DNA of 64,000 nt from an uncultured delta proteobacterium (GCA_963761335.1 CAVXGR010000021.1:96001-160000), one strand, 5' to 3'. Positions 1-12,187 are shown, counted from the stretch's first letter. Made by a program: numbers and translations. The notes: generated by a model from the sequence alone, not told the origin.

Positions 1-2498
<2,498 letters not shown>

Positions 2499-2506
2499 CG
2501 CCGCCC

Positions 2507-2560
2507 CTCCTCGATGTTGTGGTGTCCCGCTATATGCCCCACTATATCCTGTGGTGTCAA
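2507..2560 (-). promoter_or_regulatory. Tandem NrdR boxes and sigma70-type -35 element of nrdJ
   Basis: CCACTATATCCTGTGG (2539-2554) and a weaker CTCCTCGATGTTGTGG (2507-2522, over the RBS) resemble the NrdR consensus acaCwAtATaTwGtg and lie 32 bp apart. TTGACA is on the minus strand at 2560-2555. Confidence 0.75.
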
Positions 2561-2660
2561 GGGATTTCTTCATGAGCCCGATTGTAGGCGAAGAGTGGGC
2601 GAAATTCGAGACTCTCGGGCGCGGTTGTCGGGCCCGGGCGCGGGTGATAGGCCGGCGCCG

Positions 2661-3155
2661 ATGGCGAGACCAAAGGGACAGCTGTCGCGCGCCGGCGACA
2701 CTCTGGGAGGGGTGATGCGGCGCATCGATCCGGACCGCCGCATCGAGGTCTATCGCCTGTGGAGCTTCTGGGATGAGGTGGTCGGCGAGGGCATCGCGCG
2801 CCGCGCGCAGCCGCAGCGGATGCGCGATCGCGTTCTCGTCGTCGCCGTCTCCAGCCACACCTGGATGCAGGAGCTGCAGTTCTTGAAGGAGAACATTCGC
2901 GAGCGCCTCAACCAGCGCCTCGGCGCACCCCTGATCGAGGATCTGCGTCTGGTCTCGGGCAGTGTCAGGCAGCCGCCGGCGCGCAGCGAGGCGGCGGCGC
3001 CGCCGCCGGTCGCTGTCCCCGAGCTGCCGAAGACGGGATCCGCGGAGCTCGACGCGGCGCTGGCGCGGGTGGCGCACGCCTGCGCTCGCCGCCAGGCGGA
3101 GAGCCTGGCGGCGCGCAAGCCGAAGCCGAGAAAAGGGCGCCGGCGGTCCTCCTGA
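2661..3155 (+). CDS. DUF721/DciA-family protein
   Basis: MARPKGQLSRAGDTL...LWSFWDEVVGEGIARRAQP...LVVAVSSHTWMQELQFLKENIRERLN is a typical DUF721 pattern. ATG 2661 is in frame with track ORF 2097..3155. Confidence 0.85.
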   Translation: MARPKGQLSRAGDTLGGVMRRIDPDRRIEVYRLWSFWDEVVGEGIARRAQPQRMRDRVLVVAVSSHTWMQELQFLKENIRERLNQRLGAPLIEDLRLVSGSVRQPPARSEAAAPPPVAVPELPKTGSAELDAALARVAHACARRQAESLAARKPKPRKGRRRSS

Positions 3156-3172
3156 GCGGCGCCGCCGCTCTC

Positions 3173-4078
3173 TCACTCCGGAAGCAGGGTTGCCAGGCCG
3201 CTCTGCAGGTCGTCGGGTCCGAGAGCGCGGGCTCCGGCGGCAACCAGGCGCGCGTTCTGCGCGCCCCACGAGACCACGGTCTTGCCGCGCGCCAGCATGT
3301 CGAGGCCGAGCTGCTCCATGTGGCCGCCGGAGCGCGCCTCGACGGCGATCACCAGGTCGGCGAGGGCCGCGATCAGCGCGTCGCGGCGGGCGCCGTTGGC
3401 GGGCGCCGCGTGGTTGTTCAGGCGAAATGGCGAGAGCACCAGGGTGCGGGTGCGGTCGAGGCGCAGGTGACCCGAGGTGAGGCCGAAGATGTCGCGCTCC
3501 GTCTCGTCGCCGAGAGCCGCGAACAGGCCGCGGTCGAGGATGATGACGCGCGGTGTCTGTGCGGCGCGCGCCGACGCTGCGGCAATGCGATGGCCGAGCT
3601 TCATGGCGCCGCTCACCACGGCGAAGCCGCCGAGCGCCGCTGCCTCGACGATCTGGCGGGTGGCCACCATGGCCCCGCTCGAGGGCAGACGGGAGTTGAG
3701 CACGGCCGCCGCCGGCGACTGCAGCAGCGCCGTGTCGCCGAGGGCGAAGACCACCGGCGGCGGCGCCTTGAGGTAGTGCTCCCACACGGCCGGATAGCCG
3801 TGCGCGCCAAGCAGGAGCGGGTGGCCGCCGTGCTCGATGAAGCGCTCGGCGAGCATACCGCAGCGGCGCTCGTACTGGTCGCGAAACAGCGTCAGGCAGG
3901 CGACCGCCTCCTCCGAGAGGCGATAGGGATCGCGGTAGACGGCCTCCGGCAGGCGGAAGAACTCCTCGAGCGCCCGGCCCTGGGCGCGGTTGATGGTGAG
4001 AACGCGTGCCAGCCCCCGCGGCCCGACGCGCGGCAGCTCGGAGAGCAGAACACAATGGTAAGCGGAGATCTTGTCCAT
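3173..4078 (-). CDS. DprA/Smf-like Rossmann-fold protein (divergent)
   Basis: N-terminal LSELPRVGPR, then YPAVW...PPPVVFALGD, AVLNSR, FAVVSG, LVLSPF and RDALIAALADLVIAVEARSGG follow the DprA motif order. The ATG 4078 start is my choice. Confidence 0.75.
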   Translation of the reverse strand: MDKISAYHCVLLSELPRVGPRGLARVLTINRAQGRALEEFFRLPEAVYRDPYRLSEEAVACLTLFRDQYERRCGMLAERFIEHGGHPLLLGAHGYPAVWEHYLKAPPPVVFALGDTALLQSPAAAVLNSRLPSSGAMVATRQIVEAAALGGFAVVSGAMKLGHRIAAASARAAQTPRVIILDRGLFAALGDETERDIFGLTSGHLRLDRTRTLVLSPFRLNNHAAPANGARRDALIAALADLVIAVEARSGGHMEQLGLDMLARGKTVVSWGAQNARLVAAGARALGPDDLQSGLATLLPE

Positions 4079-4211
4079 GGCGACATCCTTGTCCGCGCCG
4101 CCGCCGAAAGGGCGGGGTGCTGAGCGTTTTTCACCATGGTGCTGGAACTCCGTCAAGGGCCGTTGTGGACCGGCGTCCGGCCAGGCGGGTCGAGTGAGGC
4201 GGGGCCATTGA

Positions 4212-4349
4212 CCGGTGCCGTCGTTCTCATTCTCGTTCCGTCGTCTTCAATTGTTCTGAGAGCCGGAAGAGCCCGCGGCGGTGGCGGCCGTGCTGCGCCG
4301 ATCAGAGAAATGGAAGACGACGGAACGAGAATGAGAACGACGGCACCGG
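4212..4349. repeat. Perfect 37-bp inverted repeat around a 64-bp spacer
   Basis: ccggtgccgtcgttctcattctcgttccgtcgtcttc (4212-4248) is the exact reverse complement of 4313-4349. Confidence 0.9.
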
Positions 4350-4371
4350 CGAATGCCCCGCAGCCCCGCCA

Positions 4372-4455
4372 AGAGTAGACGCGGCGTCCCGCCGCGTCAT
4401 GAGGAGGCGAGACGCCTCCTCTACTTTGTCATGAGGAGGCGAGACGCCTCCTCTC
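4372..4455. repeat. GTAG-type REP-like palindrome cluster
   Basis: GTAG-acgcggcgtcccgccgcgt followed by gaggaggcgagacgcctcct-CTAC, with a second copy of the latter hairpin. It is related to the core of the elements at 27629 and 33439. Confidence 0.75.
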
Positions 4456-4456
4456 T

Positions 4457-5197
4457 TTACGGATGGACCGTGACGTCGGTCATCAGCGTCGCCCAGCCGC
4501 GCCCGTTGAGGGCGAAGAGCAGGGCGCCGTACGGCTGCTGGCGGCGCAGCTCGGTGACCGAAGCGGGGTCGTGGAAGCAGCGCACGATGCCGAGAAGCTC
4601 GGCGTACGCCCATGACTTGCGGTGCGTCGACACGGCGACCGCCGCGTCTCCGGTCTTCTCGGCGGACATGGTGAGCACGTAGATGGCGGCGTCGGGCACG
4701 CGGGGCCAGTCGAGTTGCTGCTCGCCGCGGTCGAAGCTGATGCCGCCGGCGGCGTAGGTCGTCGGTCGCGAGGCCGGTGTGGCGACCAGAATCTCGGAGG
4801 CGAGCAGCTCGTCGTCGCGGTCGGCGATCACCAGGAGCCAGGCATCCTCGTCGCTCATCCCCGTGCGAAACTCGCCGAAGAGTCCGCCGTAGACGGGGCG
4901 TGCCTTCAGGTCGAGGTCGACGAACTGCGCCGCCGATTCGCACGGTCCCTCGCTCGGGTTGCAGCGCAGCAGGCGATAGCGGGTGGCGCCGGGAATCCAG
5001 GCGAAATCGACGCGCACCGGGATCTCGTCGTCGCCGTCGTAGCCCTTGGCGCCGCCCCATGCCCAGGCGAAGACGCCCTTGGTGATCACGGAGCGATACG
5101 GGCTGAGGTCCGGAGGCAGACCGCGCGTTGACGAGCAGCCGGCGCCGGCGGCCAGACAGAGGGCCAGCGCGAGGGGCCCGAGGCGAGAGCGAATCAT
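4457..5197 (-). CDS. Hypothetical lipoprotein
   Basis: Signal peptide with lipobox (LALCLAAGAGC) and directly downstream of ybbN. No family recognised. Confidence 0.7.
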   Translation of the reverse strand: MIRSRLGPLALALCLAAGAGCSSTRGLPPDLSPYRSVITKGVFAWAWGGAKGYDGDDEIPVRVDFAWIPGATRYRLLRCNPSEGPCESAAQFVDLDLKARPVYGGLFGEFRTGMSDEDAWLLVIADRDDELLASEILVATPASRPTTYAAGGISFDRGEQQLDWPRVPDAAIYVLTMSAEKTGDAAVAVSTHRKSWAYAELLGIVRCFHDPASVTELRRQQPYGALLFALNGRGWATLMTDVTVHP

Positions 5198-6049
5198 TCA
5201 GCTGAAGAGGACCTTGGCCAGCTCGGACCGATAGCGGTCGGTCAACGGGTGGTCGGAGCCGAGGAGCGCGAAGAGGTCGAGCATTGCCTTGCGCCCCGCC
5301 TCGTCATCGTAGGCGCGGTCGCGGCGGACGACTTCGAGATAGCCCTGCAGCGCCTCCTCGTATTGCTTCGCCGCGGCCGCCGCCTGCGCCAGCGCCATGC
5401 GCGCCTCACAATCGTCGGGGTTCTGCTCGAGGCGCCGGCGCAGTGCCTCGCGGTCGACCGGAGCTCCTTGCCCGACGCGGATCTGCGCCGCCAGGCGGTC
5501 CGCCTGGTCGCGCCACGGGCCGGGATCGACGCGCTCCAGCAGCTCGAGGGCCTCGTCGCTCTCGCCGCGCTCGGCGAGGATGGTGGCAAGCTTCAGAAGG
5601 GCGCCGCCGTGGCGCGCATCACTGGCGAGCGCCTCCCGGCAGAGCGCCTCGGCCTCGGCGTGCTTCCCGGCGGCGAGCTTGTCTCCGGCCTGCGCCGCCA
5701 GCTCATCGGCGCGGCTCGGCAGCAGGCGCTGGATGAACTCGCGCACACCGCTCTCGGGTAGGGCGCCGACGAACTCGGCGGCGATCTGCCCATCGCGGAA
5801 GCCGAGAACCATCGGAATGCTCTGCACCCCGAACGCCTGGGAGAGCCCCGGGCTCTCATCGACGTTGACCTTGGCCAGCTCGAAGGCGCCGGCGTACTCC
5901 TCGGTGAGGCGCTCGAGCAGCGGCCCGAGCGTGCGGCAGGGGCCACACCACGGAGCCCACAGGTCCACCACCACCGGCACCTGACGGGAACGCTCGAGCA
6001 CGGCCGTCTCGAAGCTGTGGTCGGTGACCTCGTAGACGAGAGGGTTCAT
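5198..6049 (-). CDS. ybbN: Thioredoxin-TPR chaperedoxin (YbbN/CnoX family)
   Basis: VVVDLWAPWCGPC thioredoxin domain, TPR helices, and the family C-terminus GRKAMLDLFALLG...YRSELAKVLFS. Confidence 0.9.
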   Translation of the reverse strand: MNPLVYEVTDHSFETAVLERSRQVPVVVDLWAPWCGPCRTLGPLLERLTEEYAGAFELAKVNVDESPGLSQAFGVQSIPMVLGFRDGQIAAEFVGALPESGVREFIQRLLPSRADELAAQAGDKLAAGKHAEAEALCREALASDARHGGALLKLATILAERGESDEALELLERVDPGPWRDQADRLAAQIRVGQGAPVDREALRRRLEQNPDDCEARMALAQAAAAAKQYEEALQGYLEVVRRDRAYDDEAGRKAMLDLFALLGSDHPLTDRYRSELAKVLFS

Positions 6050-6113
6050 GGCGGGCACGTGTGGCCTGTACCGAGGGCGCCGCGCCCTGTCAACGTCGCC
6101 GCGCCCGCCGCCG

Positions 6114-8264
6114 CTACTGGGGGGTGCAGACGGTGATCGGCGCGCTGGTAACGCCCGTAGGGCCTTGGTCGGTGGTCACCTGGAGTTCCACCGGTGCGGT
6201 GCAGGTGAACGGCCAGCGCACCACCAGCATCGTCGGCGTGACGGCGACGACGTCGGCGGGCGCGCCATCGATGCGCACGCAGTTGCCGCGCAGCGGCACA
6301 CAGCGATTGCGGAGGGTGACGTTGGCGCAGTCGGTCTCGCTGAAGTGGCCGTCGATGGCGTTGAAGCCGGAGCCGAAGATGCGCAGGAGCCCTCCCTGCT
6401 CGCCGCGGGTGGGCTCCACCCGGTCGAGTATCGGCGGCTGCAGCGAGCGGTGCGCCTGCGCCGGTACGACAGTGGTGAAGGCGCCGTGATCGGACAGGTC
6501 GTGCGCCAAGATGGCGTCGGTGTTGCAGCTCGTGCCGGTGCCGCAGTGCTCCCACTGGTTGTTGATGGCGCTCATCTGCAGACCGGTGGCATTGCGGAAG
6601 TTGTCGCCGCCGACGTTGTTCTGGGTGAAGGCGTTGTTGCCAGCGCTTCCCAGCGGTCCACCGCCGAAGTCGCCCACCGAGGTGTTGGTGATGATGGCGC
6701 CGTCGACGCCGTTACAGACGCTGGTGCTGCCCTCGACCACGGCAGTGGCGCCGTCTCCGCCGTCGTTGGCGATGCGGATGCCGGAGCTGGCGTTGACCGC
6801 GAAGTAGGAGTCCTCGACGCTCGCCAGCGAGCTGGCGCGTACCGAGATGCCGTTGGCGCCGTTGAAGCGCACGATGTTTCCCGCCGACTCCAGGTCCGAG
6901 AAGGCGCCGCTGCTGGTGTCGTCGGCGGGGCTGACGGAGAGACCGTTCTGCGCGGTGCTGCCGCGGTTGCGCTCGATCAGGTTGTCCGCTGCCTGCACGT
7001 GGCCGCCGAGCGTGCTCTGGATACCGCCGTTCTGGTTGTCGTGGATCCAGCTGCCCTCGATGCGGGCGTAGGCGCCGGTGGTGACCTTGACGCCCTTGTC
7101 GGCGGCGCCCGAGATGTCGCAGTCGCGGACGATGTTCACCGTGTCGTCGAACCCCTTGCCGGCGCCGCCGTCGATGCCGATGCCGTCGGCGCTGGTGGCG
7201 TTCTGGACGATGCAGTGCTCGACCACGTTGCCGTCGGCCGCCGCCCCGGTGATGCTGAGCACGTCGCGGTCGCCGCTGCCGGCGTTCCGCAGCTGCATGC
7301 CGACGATGTGGTTGCGGGCGCCGGTGATCGACAGGGCCGGGTTGCCGAGCATGGCGCCGCCGGCATCGATGATGCGATTGCCGGGAAGGCCGTCCTCGTC
7401 GAAGCCGTCGATGGTGACCTCGTCGGAGTCGATGGTCGGCAGCGCGAAGGCGAGCTCGATCGCGATGGGCGACCCCGAGGGAAAGGCGGCCGGCGCGAAC
7501 TGGATGAGCAGGGGCTTGGCGGCGCCGGCGGCGTCCTGCAGGGCCTTGCGCAGGGTGCCGTCGCCGGTGTTGGCCCTCTTTTGCACGGTGATGACCGTGG
7601 GAAACACGGTGAAGGCGAGGCGCGACGGGTCGGCGGCGGCGAGCAGCAGCGAGCGCCGGTACTGCTTCTGGCCGGTGTCGGGAGAGGTGACCTCGATGCT
7701 GTGTCGCCACGGTCCGGGAGCCAGGCCGGCGATCGGGCCGCAGCTGAAGCTGCCGCTGCCAGAGCAGCTCTGATGGTAGCTGGTTTCGCCGGCGCCGCCG
7801 GCGCAGCTTCCGCCGAGCGCCTGACCGCTGAGCACCACATTGACGCTGGCGGCGCCGCTGCGGTCGTCGATGTCGACCATCAGATCGGCGGTGGCGCTCG
7901 GGCAGGCCCGCGGGGTGCCCGTGGCGGTGGCCAGGGGCGTGGCGGTCGGCGTGGGCGTCGAGGTCGGCGTGCCGCTCTCGGTGGGTGTCCCCGTCGGTGT
8001 CGCCGTGCCGCCGCTGGCCACCGCGAGGGCGAGGGCGGGCAGGTCGGCCGCCGAGATGCGGCCATCGCCGTTGGGGTCGCAATCGGCAGCGCCGCTGCCG
8101 AAGATTGCCGGGACGATCTGCTCGACGGGCGGAGCTTGCCCCGGGCTGCAGGGTATGGGGCTCGCCGCGCCGGCGAGCCCCCAGGTGAGGGCGACCGCGG
8201 CCATCGACCAGAGCGCGCTGCGGGTGCAGCGCGACTCCTTCCTTTGCTGGCGTGGTCCTCGCAT
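6114..8264 (-). CDS. Secreted right-handed beta-helix protein with dockerin-like motif, Thr/Pro linker and C-terminal IPT/TIG-like domain
   Basis: Signal-like N-terminus (start may be ATG 8204), DCDPNGDGRISAADL, a TPTGTPT linker, GDGTLRKAL, Asn/Gly beta-helix repeats, and PPILDRVEP...LRIFGSGF. Confidence 0.7.
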   Translation of the reverse strand: MRGPRQQRKESRCTRSALWSMAAVALTWGLAGAASPIPCSPGQAPPVEQIVPAIFGSGAADCDPNGDGRISAADLPALALAVASGGTATPTGTPTESGTPTSTPTPTATPLATATGTPRACPSATADLMVDIDDRSGAASVNVVLSGQALGGSCAGGAGETSYHQSCSGSGSFSCGPIAGLAPGPWRHSIEVTSPDTGQKQYRRSLLLAAADPSRLAFTVFPTVITVQKRANTGDGTLRKALQDAAGAAKPLLIQFAPAAFPSGSPIAIELAFALPTIDSDEVTIDGFDEDGLPGNRIIDAGGAMLGNPALSITGARNHIVGMQLRNAGSGDRDVLSITGAAADGNVVEHCIVQNATSADGIGIDGGAGKGFDDTVNIVRDCDISGAADKGVKVTTGAYARIEGSWIHDNQNGGIQSTLGGHVQAADNLIERNRGSTAQNGLSVSPADDTSSGAFSDLESAGNIVRFNGANGISVRASSLASVEDSYFAVNASSGIRIANDGGDGATAVVEGSTSVCNGVDGAIITNTSVGDFGGGPLGSAGNNAFTQNNVGGDNFRNATGLQMSAINNQWEHCGTGTSCNTDAILAHDLSDHGAFTTVVPAQAHRSLQPPILDRVEPTRGEQGGLLRIFGSGFNAIDGHFSETDCANVTLRNRCVPLRGNCVRIDGAPADVVAVTPTMLVVRWPFTCTAPVELQVTTDQGPTGVTSAPITVCTPQ

Positions 8265-8437
8265 CTGGGCCGCCCATCAAACCATCGGACGCCGAGGCGT
8301 TCAATCGCGGCGTCGCCGTGCGTCGGCCGAAGTTGCGCCGTCCCGATCATTCCTGCAAGCTGCGTTGCCGAGAGCGCGACGCCGATGCCCGACTGCCACA
8401 GCCTCGAATCGCCGGTGCCCGCCGTCGCCGTCACCTG

Positions 8438-9118
8438 ATGCACCTCGAGCCCCGCACCGTCGACATCGGCAGAAACGGCAGCGTCTCCGCCGTGGTCGGG
8501 TATCCGCCGCGCTTTCGCCCCGGAGAGGTGACCGCCGTGATCCTGGCGCACGGCGCCGGCAATGACATGAACAACCCGCTGCTGAGCGGTGTGCATCGGG
8601 GCCTCGCCGCCGCCGGGTTCGTGGCCGTGAAATTCAATTTTCCCTTCAAGGAGCGCGGCTCGCGCCTTCCCGATCGAGCGCCGGTTCTCGAGGACTGCTA
8701 CCGGCGGATGGTCGATGCCATCCGCGACGACTCGGCCATCCGTCCGCGCGCCCTCATCCTCGGCGGCAAGTCACTCGGCGGACGCATGGCGTCGCACCTG
8801 GCCGCCCAGGGGACGGAGTGCGACGGTCTCCTTTTTCTCGGCTATCCGCTGCACCCGCCGGGCCGTTCCGATCAGCTGCGCGCCGCGCATCTCCCGTCCA
8901 TTCGCGTGCCCATGCTGTTCTTTGCGGGCACGCGCGACACGCTCTGTGACCTCGAGCTGCTGCGCCGCGAGCTCGGCAAGCTGCACACCCCCTGCGCCCT
9001 GCACGTCGTCGAGGGCGGCGACCACTCCTTCAAGTTGCCCAAACGCCTCGGCCGCACCGAGGATCAGGTGGTCGGCGAGATCGTTGGGGCGAGCGCCGCG
9101 TGGCTGGCAGCCTTGTAG
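8438..9118 (+). CDS. Alpha/beta hydrolase (KANL3/Tex30-like, dienelactone hydrolase related)
   Basis: LAHGAG, GGKSLGGRMAS nucleophile elbow, LGYPLHPPG, GTRDTLC, EGGDHSF. Confidence 0.88.
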   Translation: MHLEPRTVDIGRNGSVSAVVGYPPRFRPGEVTAVILAHGAGNDMNNPLLSGVHRGLAAAGFVAVKFNFPFKERGSRLPDRAPVLEDCYRRMVDAIRDDSAIRPRALILGGKSLGGRMASHLAAQGTECDGLLFLGYPLHPPGRSDQLRAAHLPSIRVPMLFFAGTRDTLCDLELLRRELGKLHTPCALHVVEGGDHSFKLPKRLGRTEDQVVGEIVGASAAWLAAL

Positions 9119-9175
9119 TTGCTCGCTGGAGAATCGCGCGCGTCTCGAACCGTGAACCCAGAAGAGGAGCTAGCC

Positions 9176-9484
9176 ATGTCGGAAGAGAAGAAGGCGCCCG
9201 AGCACCAGATCTCGATCCAGATGGAGGGGCAGAGCGCCGTTGGCGTGTACGCCAACCTGATGATGATCAGTCACCGCAAGGAGGAGTTCGTCCTCGACTT
9301 CCTCTTCGTGCAGCCGCAGCGCTCGACGCAGGGGCAGGCGGTCGCCAATCTGCGCTCGCGGGTGATCACCTCGCCGGAGCACATGAAGCGCATCCTCAAG
9401 GCCATCGAGGAGAACATCCGCCGCTACGAGGAAGCCTTCGGGGCCATCGAGGAGTCCACCGACCTGCCCAAGGTCATGCACTGA
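9176..9484 (+). CDS. DUF3467-family protein
   Basis: GVYANLMMISHRKEEFVLDF...RSRVITSPEHMKRILKAIEENIRRYEEAFG, with GAGGAG RBS before ATG 9176. Confidence 0.85.
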   Translation: MSEEKKAPEHQISIQMEGQSAVGVYANLMMISHRKEEFVLDFLFVQPQRSTQGQAVANLRSRVITSPEHMKRILKAIEENIRRYEEAFGAIEESTDLPKVMH

Positions 9485-9501
9485 TCGAAGAGCGGGGGCT
9501 C

Positions 9502-9963
9502 TCAATCTCGCCGGCTGCGAAAGAAACGGCGCAGGAGCTCGGCGCAGATCTCCTCCTCGACGCCGCCGGTGACCTCGAGGCGGTGGTTCAGGCGCTCGTG
9601 GGCGCGCAGCGGATACACCGATCCGAGGGCGCCGGCCTTGGGGTCGCGGCAGCCGAACACCACCCGGCGCAGGCGCGCCTGCACGGCGGCGCCGACGCAG
9701 AGAATGCAGGGCTCGGCGGTGACGTAGAGGGTGGTGTCCAACAGCCGGTGGTTGCGCAGGCGGTGGGCGGCGGCGCGCAGCGCCACGACCTCAGCGTGCG
9801 CGGTCGGATCACAATCAGTGAGTGTGCGGTTGTGGCCGGCGGCCAGCTCGGTGCCGCCCCGCACCACCACCGCGCCGATCGGAACCTCCCCCAGGTCGGC
9901 GGCCGCTTCCGCTAGCCGCACGGCCACCTGCATCCAGCGCCGATCCTCCTCCGTCGCCCTCAT
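9502..9963 (-). CDS. tadA: tRNA-specific adenosine(34) deaminase
   Basis: GEVPIGAVVV, DPTAHAE, LYVTAEPCILC, DPKAGALGS, LNHR and LRRFF motifs. ATG 9963 overlaps the ABC ATPase stop (ATGA). Confidence 0.93.
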   Translation of the reverse strand: MRATEEDRRWMQVAVRLAEAAADLGEVPIGAVVVRGGTELAAGHNRTLTDCDPTAHAEVVALRAAAHRLRNHRLLDTTLYVTAEPCILCVGAAVQARLRRVVFGCRDPKAGALGSVYPLRAHERLNHRLEVTGGVEEEICAELLRRFFRSRRD

Positions 9964-10718
9964 CCAGGCTCCCTCCCGAGCAGCGAGCGCGCCGCCGGCG
10001 AGCGCGGCCTCTCCAGGACCTGCTCGGGCGTGCCGCTCTCGGCGATGAGGCCCTCGTCGAGGACCACGACGCGGTGCGCGACGCGGCGCGCGAAGGCGAT
10101 CTCGTGGGTCACGATCACCATCGTCTGTCCGGCGGCGGCGAGATCGGCGACCACCGCCAGCACCTCGCCGACCAGACGCTGGTCGAGAGCCGAGGTGGGC
10201 TCGTCGAGGAGCAGCACCAGCGGCTCCATCGCCAGGGCGCGGGCAATGGCGACGCGCTGCTGCTGGCCTCCGGAGAGGGTGTGCGGCATGGCCTCGGTGA
10301 AGCTCGACAGGCCCACCCGGGCCAGCAGCTCGCCGGCGCGCTGCCGCGCCGCCGCCGCGCCCATGCCCAGCACCCGCACCGGCGCCTCCATGACGTTGGC
10401 GATGGCGCTCAGATGCGGGAAGAGATGGAAGCTCTGGAACACCATGCCGACGCGGGTGCGCACCGCCCGCAGTGCCGCGGCGTGGGCCCGCTCGCTCATT
10501 CCCGGCCACAGGCGGTGGCCGGCGATCTCGACCTCGCCGGCATCGAACGGGGTCAGGTAGTTGAGAGCCCGCAGCAGCGTCGTCTTGCCGCTGCCCGAGG
10601 GACCGACCACGGCCACCACCTCACCGCGGCCGACGACGAGATCGATGCCGCGCAGCACGTGGCTCGGTCCCCGGCGGGTGTGCAGGCCGCTCGCCGTGAT
10701 GACCGGTGCGGCGCTCAT
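9960..10718 (-). CDS. Polar amino-acid ABC transporter ATP-binding protein
   Basis: GPSGSGKTT, GMVFQSFHLFPH, LSGGQQQRVAIARALAMEP, LLDEPTSALD, VTHE. Confidence 0.95.
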   Translation of the reverse strand: MSAAPVITASGLHTRRGPSHVLRGIDLVVGRGEVVAVVGPSGSGKTTLLRALNYLTPFDAGEVEIAGHRLWPGMSERAHAAALRAVRTRVGMVFQSFHLFPHLSAIANVMEAPVRVLGMGAAAARQRAGELLARVGLSSFTEAMPHTLSGGQQQRVAIARALAMEPLVLLLDEPTSALDQRLVGEVLAVVADLAAAGQTMVIVTHEIAFARRVAHRVVVLDEGLIAESGTPEQVLERPRSPAARSLLGREPG

Positions 10719-12187
10719 GCGGCGGCATGCCCCAGGCGGCTCTCGAGGCGTCGCGCCAGACGCGAAAGCGGATAGCTCAAGGCCAGATAGAGGGCGGCGC
10801 AGAGGAGACCGGGAATCAGCCAGCCGCGCATGTCGACGGCGGTGATGGTCATCTGCTTGGTCAGCTCGACCACCGTGATCACCGACACCAGAGACGAGTC
10901 CTTCAACAGGGAGATGAAGTCGTTGGCGATTCCGGGGAGTGCCACGCGCAGCGCCTGCGGCAGAACGATGCGGCGCAGCGTGAGGCCCTGTGACATGCCG
11001 AGGGCGAGCGCTGCCTCGGTCTGGCCGACCGGCACCGCCTCGAGCCCGGCGCGATACAGCTCGGCTTCATACGCGGCATAGTTCATTCCCAGCCCGAGGA
11101 CCGCGGCGGTGAAGGCATCGAGCGTGAGCACGGGTGCCAGCCCGTAGTACAGCACGTAGAGCTGCAGGAGAACGGGGGTGCCGCGGAACAGCTCGATGTA
11201 GCCGGTGGCTGCCGCACGCAGGGGCGCGGCGCCGTAGCGGCGCACCACGCTGAGCAGCAGGCCGCCGCCGATGGCCACGGTCATGGCCAGCGCCGAGATG
11301 ATCACGGTCACCGCCGCGGCGCGTAGAAAAAGGACGACGCGCCCCGCGGTCAGCTCCTTGCGCGGCGCCGCCGGATCGGATGCCGCGGGCTCGGCGCCGA
11401 GCCGCTGCTGGCGGTCGTTCCAGAGGTCCCAGCGCTGCAGGATGCGGCGCAGCTCGCCGTCCGCCTGCATTGCCGCCAGCGCCTGGTCGACCGCCGCCAG
11501 CAGCCGTCGGTCGGCGGGGCGCACGGCGATGGCGTAGACACCCTCGCCGACGATTGCCGCCTGTCGCAGGCCCGGCCGCACCAGGCCGTAGCGGCGGGCG
11601 ATGATGTCGTCGAGGACGACGCCGTCGAGGCGCCCCTGCTCGAGATCCATGTAGGGCTCCTCGACCCCCTCGTAGATCACCGTGTCGATGCCGGGATCCG
11701 CCGCCACCAGATCGAAGGCGAGCGAGTTGCCGAGGGTGCCGACGCGATGGCCGCGCAGGTCGGCGAGCGCGGCCACCTCGCCCTCGTCCTGGCGCACCAC
11801 CAGCGTCTCGGAGAAGAGGTAATAGGGGCGCGTGAAAGCGACGCGCCCGCGGCGCGCAGCTGTGACCTCCAGGCCGTTCAGGATCATGTCGAAGTCGCCG
11901 CGCTCCAGCGAGGGAATGAGGTTCTGCCAGTCGTTCTGGACGAACTGGGCGCGCACCCCGAGACGCCGTGCGATGCCGTCGGCGATCTCGACCTCGAAGC
12001 CGACCAGGTGCGCCGGTTGCGCCGGATCCTGAAACACGTAGGGCTCGCCTCCCTGCATGTCGCCGCCCCAGAGCAGAACGCCGCGGCGCTGTACCGCCGT
12101 CAGTCCATCACCGCCGCCGGCGTGCGCCATCGCCGCCGCGAGCGCGACCCCGACCAGGGCGACAGCGGTAGCCGGCTTCCACTGCAT
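10715..12187 (-). CDS. Polar amino-acid ABC transporter, fused substrate-binding and permease protein
   Basis: Signal peptide and SBP_bac_3 domain (GFEVEIA...DWQNLIPSLERGDFD), followed by permease motifs FRGTPVLLQL, AAYEAE...GQTEAALALG and LKDSSLVS. Confidence 0.93.
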   Translation of the reverse strand: MQWKPATAVALVGVALAAAMAHAGGGDGLTAVQRRGVLLWGGDMQGGEPYVFQDPAQPAHLVGFEVEIADGIARRLGVRAQFVQNDWQNLIPSLERGDFDMILNGLEVTAARRGRVAFTRPYYLFSETLVVRQDEGEVAALADLRGHRVGTLGNSLAFDLVAADPGIDTVIYEGVEEPYMDLEQGRLDGVVLDDIIARRYGLVRPGLRQAAIVGEGVYAIAVRPADRRLLAAVDQALAAMQADGELRRILQRWDLWNDRQQRLGAEPAASDPAAPRKELTAGRVVLFLRAAAVTVIISALAMTVAIGGGLLLSVVRRYGAAPLRAAATGYIELFRGTPVLLQLYVLYYGLAPVLTLDAFTAAVLGLGMNYAAYEAELYRAGLEAVPVGQTEAALALGMSQGLTLRRIVLPQALRVALPGIANDFISLLKDSSLVSVITVVELTKQMTITAVDMRGWLIPGLLCAALYLALSYPLSRLARRLESRLGHAAA

